From assembly GCA_050951325.1 (NCBI GenBank), contig JBMNIW010000012.1, forward strand, positions 256,001 to 320,000: 64,000 nt of DNA. The letters are read 5' to 3'. The notes below the pieces were generated by a model, which was not told the origin of the DNA, ran no database searches, and was given only the letters and a program-made list of their open reading frames with translations. The stretch is from Clostridia bacterium. GTDB taxonomy: Bacteria; Bacillota; Clostridia; UBA1212; DUPL01. The translations under genes and the position numbers were made by a program. Shown piece after piece: positions 29,668 through 39,792 of this stretch; position 1 is the first letter of the stretch, and each line of letters begins with the position of its first letter.

Positions 29668-30591
29668 TTGTTGCAGCTTTATACAATTGGCAGAGAATTC
29701 AGTGCAGGTAAAATAGTGCCTGTTAAATGTGTGTGCAGCGACAGTTTGGAAAGGATAAATATAAAAGACAAAAGCTTTTTGCTGGTCATACTGGAGGAAG
29801 GTTCCCTGACTTTTGAAATTAAGGACAAAATATATGATGCAAAGGGACCTTGCTTTCTATGCTTTGATGAAACTGCAAATCCTTATGTATTAAAAAGGAA
29901 AAACATAAAAGCAAGAAGTATTTACTTCCATCCTCAGTTCATTAACATAAACATGAGGCTGGATTTCATTAGAAGCCAGGGATACTTTGATTTTGCTTTC
30001 AACCATGACTTGTTTCTCCTGGAACCCTTCATGAGCGATACATATGTAATTCCCTTGCATATTGAATATCTTGAAAGAATCAATGAATGCTACCTAAGAA
30101 TCAAAGAAAATTTAGAGATGCAAAGAGACATTCTCTGGTCCTGCCGTGCCAGATCCTACTTCATGGAGGTAATCATTGTAATTGAAAGGTTGTATGATGT
30201 AATTAGAAATTTGGAATCCAGCGAGCCTGAGTACCATGAATTCGTAAAAAAAGCATTGACCTTCATAGAAAACCACTATGGTGAAGACATCTCCTTAAGT
30301 GACATCATAAAAGCCAGCGAATCGAACCATACAACTCTGGGAAAGCTCTTTGGCGAGGAACTCAATATGACGCCTATGAAATACCTATGGTACTACAGAA
30401 TCCTCATAGCAAAGAAGCATCTGTCTTTTACCGATATTCCTTTAAAGGAAATAGCCTTCAGGTGTGGTTTCAAAACCGTTTCCCACTTCTCCAGGGTCTT
30501 TAAGGAACACACAGGAAAATCGCCTCTTATGTATCGAAAATCTGCTGTTGAAGAAAGAAAAGCATCAATGGCAAACAATGTCTATTCATAG
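29668..30591 (+). CDS. AraC-family transcriptional regulator
   Basis: AraC HTH (IAFRCGFKTVSHFSRVFK). Start placed after RBS GAGGTG, downstream of a TTGCAA/TGnTATACT promoter. Confidence 0.88.
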   Translation: MLQLYTIGREFSAGKIVPVKCVCSDSLERINIKDKSFLLVILEEGSLTFEIKDKIYDAKGPCFLCFDETANPYVLKRKNIKARSIYFHPQFININMRLDFIRSQGYFDFAFNHDLFLLEPFMSDTYVIPLHIEYLERINECYLRIKENLEMQRDILWSCRARSYFMEVIIVIERLYDVIRNLESSEPEYHEFVKKALTFIENHYGEDISLSDIIKASESNHTTLGKLFGEELNMTPMKYLWYYRILIAKKHLSFTDIPLKEIAFRCGFKTVSHFSRVFKEHTGKSPLMYRKSAVEERKASMANNVYS

Positions 30592-31370
30592 ATTTCGTCA
30601 TGATCTTTCAAGTAGTTTAGCGTTTCATTTACAATTATTTTAAAAGACTCTTCTTTTTCCATGTCCGTTTCACCTGGAAACAAATCATAATAGTTGGTAA
30701 TAAACTGAGTTTTTAAACTTTCAGCATTTGGTGCTTCATCAAACATTCTTGCATAAAGAAGGCATGCACCAGCCAGTCCTCCCACAGGTGTTGTATGCAT
30801 ATATCTGTCATTTATGCTCAAATGCTCACTTGTGAAGTTGTATCGGAACCTTAACCTGTTTAAATAACCCTGCCAATTGGCACAGTTGAGCATGTAATAG
30901 CCCACTGCGTTTCTTACACCATTTACATATTCATTGTCAGCAGGAAAAAGAATTATATCAGTATCGATCTCTTTAAACCTCTCAAGAAGATCGGATATTA
31001 TAGAAACATCATCATCCGTATATATTGTTGATAGAACAAGAATATCGTAATACCCTTCCCTCAATTTTATATGCTCGGGCAGAGTGCCAGAACCATCAAC
31101 ATATGTATTGGAATAGAGGCTCTTTACACTGGTCGTAAATATGGCATCGACCTCTATATCTGTTTTTCCATTCTCTATTAGAATTTTCTTGAAAGTTTCG
31201 ATAACCTCGCTGGTTGAGAAAAAACTGTTTCCAACAGCAAGTATTTTTAAATCCTTCTCTTTGGAGTAATTTTTGGGCTGGTGGGGATTTTCCTCTTTTT
31301 CTGTACTGTTGCACCCAACAGCGCTCATAAGAATAACCACGGCCATAACAATGCATGCAATTCTTTTCAC
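30582..31370 (-). CDS. Lipoprotein with SGNH/GDSL-like hydrolase fold
   Basis: Lipobox AVGC; KILAVGNSF and D..HTT..G motifs. Confidence 0.65.
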   Translation of the reverse strand: MKRIACIVMAVVILMSAVGCNSTEKEENPHQPKNYSKEKDLKILAVGNSFFSTSEVIETFKKILIENGKTDIEVDAIFTTSVKSLYSNTYVDGSGTLPEHIKLREGYYDILVLSTIYTDDDVSIISDLLERFKEIDTDIILFPADNEYVNGVRNAVGYYMLNCANWQGYLNRLRFRYNFTSEHLSINDRYMHTTPVGGLAGACLLYARMFDEAPNAESLKTQFITNYYDLFPGETDMEKEESFKIIVNETLNYLKDHDEIYE

Positions 31371-31475
31371 AACTATCACCCTGATTCTTGATAAATAAAT
31401 CATATATAAAAAGAAATACCAAATCAATATGGCTTTTTATCCAAGATGAAATAAAGTTTGTCTGATTTTAAATTG

Positions 31476-31886
31476 TCATTTACATGCAGGACAATAACCG
31501 TAAATGGCAAGCTTATGTCCTTCTATTGAAAAATCAGTCTCTCTTTCCAGAGTTTCCTGATACTCCTTTATCGGACACTTGTCAATGACCGTTTTCTTTC
31601 TACACCTCAAACATACAAGATAGTGTCTGTGCCCTTTCCTTATGGATTCAAACAAGGCAGAATCCTCTCCGGTAAAACTTAGTTTTCTAACAAAGTCAAG
31701 TGCCACAAGCTTGTCCAGAGTTCTGTAGACTGTGGATAAACTTATTCTTACCTTGTCCTCCTTTAGCCTTTCATATATATCCTGTGCCGATACTGGAACT
31801 TCATAACTTTCCAAAACTTCCATAATCCTTGTTCTATGAGGCGTGTTCTTAAGTCCGTTTTTCCTTAACTCCTTTTCAAACTCCAT
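31476..31886 (-). CDS. zur: Fur-family regulator, probably Zur
   Basis: STVYRTL, HRHYLVCLRC, YGYCPAC; last gene of the zinc ABC operon. Confidence 0.8.
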   Translation of the reverse strand: MEFEKELRKNGLKNTPHRTRIMEVLESYEVPVSAQDIYERLKEDKVRISLSTVYRTLDKLVALDFVRKLSFTGEDSALFESIRKGHRHYLVCLRCRKKTVIDKCPIKEYQETLERETDFSIEGHKLAIYGYCPACK

Positions 31887-32707
31887 CTTTCAACACTTCC
31901 TGATTTTAATATATATTTTACTGCGTATATTATGAAATACAGTCCAACACTCATTATTACTATCACACTACCTGGAGCCAGGTTGATATTATACGAAATC
32001 CAAAGCCCTGTCATGCAGAAAAGAATAACCAAAACAGAAGACCAAATCATTCTATTCTTGAGATTGTTTGTTAGCAAGGCTGCAGTTGCGCTGGGAGCCG
32101 TCAAAAGCGCAAGTACGAGTATAATTCCAACCACCCTTATTAGTACCACAATGGTCAGTGCTATCATCACCATGAGAACATACTCAAGAAGTGCAGTCTT
32201 TATCCCAACAATATATGCAAACTCATCATCAAAAAGATACACCTTCCAATGATTGAAGAAAATAACCGTAACAAGCAGAATCAATAAAGTTAGAACTCCC
32301 ATGATTTTTATATAGAACCTTGGAATACTCAATATGTTTCCAAACAAATACGTTGAGATATTGGGAGGATATCCCGGCGTTAATGTTATGAATAAAATGC
32401 CCAAAGCCATTCCAAGGGACCAGAACATGCCAATTATTACGTCTGACTTCGCCGTACCTTTTCGCTTGATATATCCAACACTCAAAGAGGCAACTGTTGA
32501 AAACAATATTGCTCCAAACACAGGTTCAATCCCTAACATGTAGCCAAGGCCTACACCACCATACGCAGTGTGTGCAATTCCTCCGCTCATCATGACAAGT
32601 TTCTTTTCAATTATTATAACTCCCATTATACCGCATACTATGCCTGCGAGAATGCTTGCAATAACTGCGTTCTGCATATATTGGTAGTTTAATATTGAGT
32701 TTAGCAT
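31865..32707 (-). CDS. znuB: Zinc ABC transporter permease
   Basis: GGIAHTAYGG, YLFGNIL, VVGIILVLALL. Confidence 0.88.
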   Translation of the reverse strand: MLNSILNYQYMQNAVIASILAGIVCGIMGVIIIEKKLVMMSGGIAHTAYGGVGLGYMLGIEPVFGAILFSTVASLSVGYIKRKGTAKSDVIIGMFWSLGMALGILFITLTPGYPPNISTYLFGNILSIPRFYIKIMGVLTLLILLVTVIFFNHWKVYLFDDEFAYIVGIKTALLEYVLMVMIALTIVVLIRVVGIILVLALLTAPSATAALLTNNLKNRMIWSSVLVILFCMTGLWISYNINLAPGSVIVIMSVGLYFIIYAVKYILKSGSVERWSLKRS

Positions 32708-33477
32708 TCTTCTTCGCCCCCTTCATGCACTCCATTGTGGTGATGCCTCAAAACCCTGTGCGGTATGCCATGAGCTATCAAATCCACTGGACAACCATAC
32801 ATCTGAGTAAGAATGGTTTCGTTCATCTCAGGCCCTCCATGGTAGACAAGGGTATTGTTAAGACATGCAAGGCTCCTTACTTCAGATGATATTGCCAAAA
32901 GGTCATGGGTCACCAGTATAATTGTCATCTCTTCGTTGAGTCTCCCCAACAGCTTATATATCTGGCTTCTTGATTTTGCATCCACGCTGGCTGTAGGCTC
33001 GTCAAGAAGTAATAGTTTTGGTTCTTGTGCAAGGGCCCTTGCTATTAGCATTTTTTGAAACTCTCCACCAGACAGCTCGCTAATCTGCCTTTTCGCAAGA
33101 CTCTTTATACCCACCTTTTCCAGAAGTTCATAAGCCCTGTCTTTCTCTTTTTGCGCATACCTGTAAAAGGGCTTCAGCTTTGGATTTATCATTCCAGACA
33201 GAACCACTTCCACAAGGGTTATGGGAAACCCCTTGTCAAGGTTGGAAAACTGGGGAACGTATCCTATTCTTATGTTTTTATCCTTTATGCTTATTGTTCC
33301 TGTCTTGTATTTTGTAAGCCCTGCAATGCATTTAAGGAGGGTGGTTTTGCCCCCTCCATTAGGACCAATGATACCAAGATATTCTCCCTCTTCAACTTCA
33401 AGATTTACGTTTGATAATGCTCTTGTGTTTCCGTAATATACTGTAAGGTCCTTTACCTCTATTAATGGTTTAGCCAT
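32701..33477 (-). CDS. znuC: Zinc ABC transporter ATP-binding protein
   Basis: GPNGGGKTT, GYVPQ, LSGGEFQ, LLDEPT, C-terminal YGCPVDLIAHG..HHH. Confidence 0.88.
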   Translation of the reverse strand: MAKPLIEVKDLTVYYGNTRALSNVNLEVEEGEYLGIIGPNGGGKTTLLKCIAGLTKYKTGTISIKDKNIRIGYVPQFSNLDKGFPITLVEVVLSGMINPKLKPFYRYAQKEKDRAYELLEKVGIKSLAKRQISELSGGEFQKMLIARALAQEPKLLLLDEPTASVDAKSRSQIYKLLGRLNEEMTIILVTHDLLAISSEVRSLACLNNTLVYHGGPEMNETILTQMYGCPVDLIAHGIPHRVLRHHHNGVHEGGEEEC

Positions 33478-34324
33478 TGTCTGCCTCCGCAATCAGTCTT
33501 GCCATTTTTTCAAGATTTTTGATATAGTCTTTTGCAAGGGGTTCAAGCATTATTGCCTTTCCACCGATTTCTTCTGCAAATGCCTTTGACTGGCTTGCAT
33601 CCACCTCAGACTGATAGAAAATAGCTTTTATGTTCTCCCTCCTGGCCAAGTCTATCAGCTCTTCAAGGCGCTTGGCAGTTGCTTCCTTGCCTTCTTCCTC
33701 CAAAGAATACATCTCAAGTTCATAGTCAGAGGCAAAATAACCAAATGCGGGATGAAAAACCATGATTTTTCTGTTTGTAAGATCCTTCAAGGTTTCTTTT
33801 ATCTTTTCATCAACCTCTTCAAGTTCCTTTAAATACTTTTCGCTGTTTGTCATATATATTTCCGCATTTTCAGGATCAATTTCCGACATTTCCCGGGCAA
33901 TGGCCTCCACCATAACCTTAACTCGTTTTGGAGAAAGCCAGACATGATGATCTCTTTCCTCACCCTCAAAGTACAATTCTTCATAAACCTTGGCAGCCTC
34001 TTCATGCAGTTTGACAACCTTCATGTTTTCTGCCACAGGCAGTATGTTTATGCCCTCTATGGGCATGCCTATCGCAAAGTATATTGAAGATTTGTGAAAC
34101 GCTGCAATTTCTTTTGATGTGGGTTCGTAAGTTTCAGGACTGCTTCCTGGTGGCACCAACACCACCACATCAACCTTGTCGCCGCATACAGCCCGTACAA
34201 ACTCCTGCTGCGGCATAATTGTCACCGCAACCGTAAGTTTCTCTGACTTCTCCCTGTCGAAATTACATCCAGTCAGGATTATTGCTACCACTATTAAAAA
34301 TACAATTATAACTTTCTTATACAT
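33470..34324 (-). CDS. znuA: Zinc ABC transporter substrate-binding lipoprotein
   Basis: Lipobox LTGC; PPGSSPETYEP, HVWLSP, HPAFGYF. Confidence 0.88.
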   Translation of the reverse strand: MYKKVIIVFLIVVAIILTGCNFDREKSEKLTVAVTIMPQQEFVRAVCGDKVDVVVLVPPGSSPETYEPTSKEIAAFHKSSIYFAIGMPIEGINILPVAENMKVVKLHEEAAKVYEELYFEGEERDHHVWLSPKRVKVMVEAIAREMSEIDPENAEIYMTNSEKYLKELEEVDEKIKETLKDLTNRKIMVFHPAFGYFASDYELEMYSLEEEGKEATAKRLEELIDLARRENIKAIFYQSEVDASQSKAFAEEIGGKAIMLEPLAKDYIKNLEKMARLIAEADNG

Positions 34325-34339
34325 ATCAACACTCCAATT

Positions 34340-34354
34340 TGCAAATCATTTGCA
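34340..34354. promoter_or_regulatory. Putative Zur operator
   Basis: Perfect 7-1-7 palindrome TGCAAAT-C-ATTTGCA, 15 bp upstream of the znuA start. Confidence 0.7.
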
Positions 34355-34480
34355 TTTGCCAGTATATAGAAATAATAAACTTTTGTCAAATAAATTATGA
34401 CATCAATAAAAGAGGGTGTATAATAGAAGATGTACGTTAAAAACCATATTTTTATGTATAAAAATCATAGGAGGAAGTTA

Positions 34481-35314
34481 ATGAGCAATTCATGTAATAA
34501 TGATTGTAAGAATTGTACAAGAAATTGTGTTGATAGAAAAAGCCCTTCCGACTTTCTGGAAAATCCACATAGTTTAAGCCGAATAAACAAGGTAGTGGGA
34601 ATTGTAAGCGGAAAGGGTGGAGTTGGAAAATCCCTTGTTACCTCCATGCTGTCAGTACTTTTTAATAGAAAAGGATACAATGTGGCAGTACTTGATGCCG
34701 ATATAACTGGACCTTCCATACCAAAGGCTTTCGGAATAAAGGAAAGAGCCAGTGGTGACAAGTCAGGACTTAATCCAGTCAGAACCAAAACAGGCATTCA
34801 GATAATGTCCACAAATCTTCTTTTGAAGAATGACACCGATCCGGTTGTATGGCGCGGTCCTGTAATTTCAGGAATGGTAAGACAGTTCTGGAAGGATGTA
34901 ATATGGGAAGATGTGGATTTCATGTTCATAGACATGCCCCCTGGAACGGGAGATGTGCCTCTTACAGTATTCCAGTCAATACCTGTAGATGGTATTGTAA
35001 TTGTGACCTCTCCACAGGAACTGGTATCAATGATTGTGGCAAAAGCCGCAAAAATGGCAAACCTTATGAACATACCCATTCTGGGAATTGTGGAAAACAT
35101 GTCCTACTTCGAATGTCCTGACTGCGGTGGCAGACACAGTATTTTTGGCGATAGTCATATAGAAGACATAGCAAAGGAATACAACATAGATACCATTGAC
35201 AAACTGGGTATCAATCCAAAGATTGCATCTGCTGTTGACAAAGGCATGATAGAACTGTTTGACGGTAATGGACTTGAGAATGTTCAGACGAAAATAGAGG
35301 GGTTAATTCGTTGA
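34481..35314 (+). CDS. Mrp/NBP35 Fe-S cluster carrier ATPase
   Basis: N-terminal Cys cluster, SGKGGVGKS, DADITGPS, DMPPGTGD, ENMSYFECPDC. Confidence 0.93.
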   Translation: MSNSCNNDCKNCTRNCVDRKSPSDFLENPHSLSRINKVVGIVSGKGGVGKSLVTSMLSVLFNRKGYNVAVLDADITGPSIPKAFGIKERASGDKSGLNPVRTKTGIQIMSTNLLLKNDTDPVVWRGPVISGMVRQFWKDVIWEDVDFMFIDMPPGTGDVPLTVFQSIPVDGIVIVTSPQELVSMIVAKAAKMANLMNIPILGIVENMSYFECPDCGGRHSIFGDSHIEDIAKEYNIDTIDKLGINPKIASAVDKGMIELFDGNGLENVQTKIEGLIR

Positions 35315-36031
35315 TACAATTCCCTGTATTGCTTCAGTACATACACTGACAATATACCTGGAATCGAGATCAACCAATGTTTTAGCTTTCTTATTACTGG
35401 GGCAATCCAACAGGATTGCCTCTTTTACTTTCATAAGGTATTCATAGTGAGACGCAATAATGAACTTAAGAATGGACAAGGTGTTGTTGTCCTTCTTTAC
35501 TTTGCGTATAAGTTCACCTATCCTATGGTAGTCATCTCTTGAATAGTATGTGGCTGCAGCTTCGTCAGGCAGCGAATAATAATCCTTTGCTCCGTATGTG
35601 TCAATTGTTTCACAGTTTTTTGCCTCAATGGAGCCAACCTCTTCAACCTTTCCGTTCTCGGTTATCTCTGAAAGGGACTGAAGAAGCAGTCTTTCATAAA
35701 TAAGGTGAGCCTTAACCCCTTCAAAGGTTATGTTGTGGGGCAGGGTAAAATAGTCTGCTATGAAGTGGTTTACCTTGCCTAGATGCAAAAGGTACCTGCC
35801 CTTCAAAAGTTCTTCTTTTGATAACATTTCCTTTCTATTGTTAAGCCAGTTTATAAGTCTCTCCAAATGTCTGAAAGTGTTGGTAATATAATGCCTTTTT
35901 ATGAGAAACATAATTGATACGTCAGGCCATATATTTCCACTGTAGAATATGAATTTTCTATACTTGTTTCCTTTCAGTCCAATTCTGTCCGCTATATGTG
36001 AAGCCAATGTAATGTGTGCTTTTTTTGTCAT
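35303..36031 (-). CDS. Zinc-dependent phospholipase C family protein
   Basis: N-terminal H, G...PD, LG...HFIADYF..PH, H..YE. Confidence 0.75.
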   Translation of the reverse strand: MTKKAHITLASHIADRIGLKGNKYRKFIFYSGNIWPDVSIMFLIKRHYITNTFRHLERLINWLNNRKEMLSKEELLKGRYLLHLGKVNHFIADYFTLPHNITFEGVKAHLIYERLLLQSLSEITENGKVEEVGSIEAKNCETIDTYGAKDYYSLPDEAAATYYSRDDYHRIGELIRKVKKDNNTLSILKFIIASHYEYLMKVKEAILLDCPSNKKAKTLVDLDSRYIVSVCTEAIQGIVSTN

Positions 36032-36226
36032 TCCCTACTCCTGTTATATAAAAATCTCAAGCATATTTTGCACATGTTTGTACAATTAATTCATGGTGAT
36101 TATTCACATGCCGCAAATAGTACCAAAGCGTTCCAATCAAGTCAAAGGCCATATTGTAATATTTTTCTTAACTAATCTTGTAGAAGCTGAATAATTAATG
36201 TAAAATATGATAGAAGGAGTGAGAGT

Positions 36227-36691
36227 TTGAATAAAAAAGCATTTCGCATAACCACTTTATCACTTAGCATTTTAAGCATTCTGTTTATATTCTCCAATTC
36301 CCTTATGAATGCAAATACATCCTCGTCAAAAAGCAAAGGTGTAAGGGAACTCGTAAATTCAATTATAAATAATTTGGGACTTACTTTTGAGATTACGGAG
36401 CATTTTGTAAGAAAGGCTGCCCACTTTATTGAGTTTATGCTTCTGGGGATCTTTTTGACTCTATTACTGGTTGCTTTTGACCTTGTTGTACACAAAAACA
36501 TTACCATTCCTCTTTTTATCGGTCTTTTGGTTGCAGTTTTTGATGAGTATATTCAGCTGCATGTAGATGGCAGGGCCGGAATGGTTTCCGATGTGGTGCT
36601 TGATTTTTTAGGGCTTGTTACAGGAGTATTTTTTGTTTTAGCAATAATAATCATAAAGAAAAAGGCCTCCCAAAGGAAGCCTTCACATTAG
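36227..36691 (+). CDS. VanZ-family membrane protein
   Basis: RKAAHFIEF, DEYIQ..V.GR....DV..D. Confidence 0.88.
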   Translation: MNKKAFRITTLSLSILSILFIFSNSLMNANTSSSKSKGVRELVNSIINNLGLTFEITEHFVRKAAHFIEFMLLGIFLTLLLVAFDLVVHKNITIPLFIGLLVAVFDEYIQLHVDGRAGMVSDVVLDFLGLVTGVFFVLAIIIIKKKASQRKPSH

Positions 36692-37848
36692 TAACCTTCT
36701 TCAACCAGCCTTGGACATTCTTCCAAATCTCTATAGGCCTTTATGTACTGTTTCATCCATTGATAATACTGATCACCGTGTCCGCCTTCCATAGGCTCTA
36801 TGTCACGACTGAACTCCTGGTTGTAGTTGTCTACAAATCTTGGATTGCCATGCTCATCCTCAAATCTTTGGGCTGTCCATTCATTCCACCAAGTAAGGGT
36901 GATAACTTTTGGCCTATATTCAAATGCCCTCTTCCAGTGCTCGTAAAAGAATATTCCGTGATTCCTCCCATGAGCGGTAGGCTCCGTCATGTAGGTTTCC
37001 TGGGCGGCGGCACAAACAGCTATCTGCTCTACAAAACCGTCCTCATCGTATGAAGGAATGTTTTCAATATTCAGAAAACTCCATTCAGATACCTCAAGGC
37101 TCTGACGAAGACCCCACATGCGTCTGATAGTTAATTCTTCAGGCGGATTGTCTATCATGCTGGTTACAATCATAAAAGGTTTGCCTTCCCAGTATACGAA
37201 GCAGTCCTTGAACTTTCCATCAGCATAAAACTCCTCATAAGTCTTCTCAGCAACAGACCAGCCTTTTTCCTCGCTGACACTGCTCCAGAACACCATATAA
37301 GGGATTTGTTTTCCTTCCGCCCTCATCTCCTGCATAACCTCCAGGATTGCCTTGCAGGGCACGGAAACGAACAGTTTCCAATCACCTGATTTTACCCAAT
37401 CGACACTGGCATTCGTGTTATCTACGATTATGAAGTCCACTCCAGCTTCACCCAGCCAAGTCATATGCTGCCTTATGACTTCCTTATCATGACTTCTGTA
37501 GTATCCAAGAGCCGGTTTTGCCCAGTAGTGGAACTGGGTAAGACCTCCCCAGTCCTGTTTGCCTTCCAATATTTCTGTTATATTAGGTGGATTCGGTTCG
37601 CTTGAGCCAAGACCTAATATTTTTGTAAACCAGGTGGAATAGCATATGGATACTATATCCACCTTCTTGGTAATATCAAGGCCATAAGATACTTCCTCAT
37701 AATCTCTGTACTTTTCATTCAGATGCTTTATCATTGCTTCCCTCTTTTCTTCCGCTTTCTTATCCTTATCTGATTTTTTGCATCCTGCCACGGACATAAT
37801 CATAACAACAGCAAGGATAATAACAATTATATTCCTTACCTTTCTCAT
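36688..37848 (-). CDS. Lipoprotein, GH99/GH71-like glycoside hydrolase
   Basis: Lipobox VAGC; HYWAKPALGYY.S.D..VIRQH...AGVDF; WNEW; SRDIEP. Confidence 0.7.
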   Translation of the reverse strand: MRKVRNIIVIILAVVMIMSVAGCKKSDKDKKAEEKREAMIKHLNEKYRDYEEVSYGLDITKKVDIVSICYSTWFTKILGLGSSEPNPPNITEILEGKQDWGGLTQFHYWAKPALGYYRSHDKEVIRQHMTWLGEAGVDFIIVDNTNASVDWVKSGDWKLFVSVPCKAILEVMQEMRAEGKQIPYMVFWSSVSEEKGWSVAEKTYEEFYADGKFKDCFVYWEGKPFMIVTSMIDNPPEELTIRRMWGLRQSLEVSEWSFLNIENIPSYDEDGFVEQIAVCAAAQETYMTEPTAHGRNHGIFFYEHWKRAFEYRPKVITLTWWNEWTAQRFEDEHGNPRFVDNYNQEFSRDIEPMEGGHGDQYYQWMKQYIKAYRDLEECPRLVEEGY

Positions 37849-37860
37849 TTCAACCCCTCT

Positions 37861-38739
37861 TTAATATGCTTTAATTTCCAGGCTGTCAATAACCGTACCG
37901 GTTATATGGCTAAATACCTTGAAATGGTTTCCTTCCTGCATATCAAGAAAATTTTCCGCTTCAAAGACTTTCTTGCCGCTACCATCAAACACAATAATCT
38001 TGTCTTCGGTAATGTCCGCCTTTAATATAAGTACATTTTCCTCTTCGGAGGTGTTCATGTAGTAGAACAGGCTGTCTCCCGTATCAACAATTACAACCTT
38101 TTTCATCTCTCCAAAACCTTCCGGAATCTCTACCGTAGCCGCTCCACCTGGCCAGTACCCCTTGGTCTGACTACCACTGGGATAAATAGTAATACTGTTC
38201 CTTTCAGTAAAACCAACCCAAAAACCATCGTCGGTATCTGCTATGGCTGAGTTGTAATTGCATACTCTTGCTCCAATAATGGTTGCCATCCAGACAGCAT
38301 CACCAGTCTCCTGGGGATAAACCGACTGGAACTCTATATGAAACTCCCATTGGTATGCATCCGATGGATAGCAGTCAATATCAGGAGTGATTGCAACCCA
38401 TCCTCCCCAGGTTTCTCCTCCATCTGGCGAATTAAGGTACAATTTTCCGTCCTTAACACTGAAGTTGCCTTGTTGCACCAGGATTTCACCTGCAAAATCA
38501 TCATCGGAAAAATCGTTTTCATAGATGATATCCGCTTTATCCGTTGGTTTTCCCAGTTCTTCTTCAGAAAGAGGCTCTTTCGTTGGTGACGGTGTCGGCG
38601 TTGGTGCCGCTGTAGGCCCCTCGGTCACTGACTGGGTCGGTTCCGGTGTTGGCGTATCCTCTGTTTCCGCCTGCTTGCAGGATGAAAATACAAAAACAAA
38701 AACAACAATTAGAGCACAAAACAAAAACCTTTTTATCAT
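37861..38739 (-). CDS. Lipoprotein with Pro/Thr linker and beta-sandwich (LamG-like) domain
   Basis: Lipobox FSSC; paralog of the upstream gene (VDTGD..YYMNT). Confidence 0.7.
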   Translation of the reverse strand: MIKRFLFCALIVVFVFVFSSCKQAETEDTPTPEPTQSVTEGPTAAPTPTPSPTKEPLSEEELGKPTDKADIIYENDFSDDDFAGEILVQQGNFSVKDGKLYLNSPDGGETWGGWVAITPDIDCYPSDAYQWEFHIEFQSVYPQETGDAVWMATIIGARVCNYNSAIADTDDGFWVGFTERNSITIYPSGSQTKGYWPGGAATVEIPEGFGEMKKVVIVDTGDSLFYYMNTSEEENVLILKADITEDKIIVFDGSGKKVFEAENFLDMQEGNHFKVFSHITGTVIDSLEIKAY

Positions 38740-38827
38740 TTTACACCTCCATCAACATCTGACGACTTAGATATATCTATATTACTAAATTACTTTTGAC
38801 AAATCAACGCATAATTCTTTTGAGCAT

Positions 38828-38866
38828 AAAAAAATCCCTGCAGTTGCATTTCGCAATTGCAGGGAG
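38828..38866 (-). terminator. Intrinsic terminator
   Basis: CCCTGCAGTTGC/GCAATTGCAGGG stem with an A7 run on the plus strand. Confidence 0.7.
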
Positions 38867-38882
38867 TGTGATGTGGTTAGTA

Positions 38883-39772
38883 TTAATAACCCTTTAGTAC
38901 AAGCTCCTTTGTATGGGACTTGGTTCTGTGGCTGAAAACCGAGAAGTTTATTTCTTCATTTACAGCATTCATGAAAGTCTTTATGGTTTCTCCATCCTTG
39001 TTGTAGATTAGCAAATCTTCACCATCAAGAACTATTCTGCAGATAAGATACTGTGGATCATCCGCAGTATTCATGTAGTAGCAAATTTCATCGCCTGTAT
39101 CCACTACAGTTACTGTATGTTCTGTAGTAAAATCCTCAGGAATTGTAACGGTGAAATACTTCGAATGCCCAGCTCTGTAATAACCTCTCCATTTTCATCA
39201 AGGAAGTTGTCGCCTGGTATATACACGCATACATTCCTTGTATAGTTGAATGCAAGCCAAATACCGCCTGGATAGTCTGCTGTTCTTTCTTGTGGAACTC
39301 TTGCACCTACAAAGTATGCAACGTGAGGAGCGTCAGGCGAAAGATGTGAGATATGGAATGTAGCTGACCACTCATACTGATTGTGATCGGTACCAAGTCC
39401 ATAGCCGTAGTTTGGTGAAACAGCAGACCAAACCTCAGTTATATTCATGTAGCCATCAGCTATATTGATGTACTCAGGCTGTCTCAATTCGTAATCAATA
39501 TCGTCAATCTCTTCTACTTCCGAGAAATCAAGCTTCATAAGCTCCTCTGCTTCAGGATGAGGCTTTCCTTTTTCTTCTTCGGTAATAGGTTTCAATGTTG
39601 GACCCGGCTCCTTTGTTGCAGTAGGCTCAGGTGTATTGGCATCCTCTGTCGGAGCAGGTGTTGCTGTTGGAGCAGGTGTTTCCTTTCCGGTCTCATCCTT
39701 CTTGCAAGCTGTTACAAATAACAGTATAAAAGCGGTAATAAGGATTAGTAAGATAATTCCCTTTTTCTTCAT
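38883..39772 (-). CDS. Lipoprotein paralog with a frameshift near 39160-39190 (ORFs 39110-39772 and 38883-39104 are one gene)
   Basis: Shifted frame reads FTVTIPEDF...VVDTGDEICYYMNT, aligning with TVEIPEGF...IVDTGDSLFYYMNT of the neighbouring paralog. Confidence 0.7.
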
Positions 39773-39792
39773 GTTGTTTTTTCTCCTTTCAT

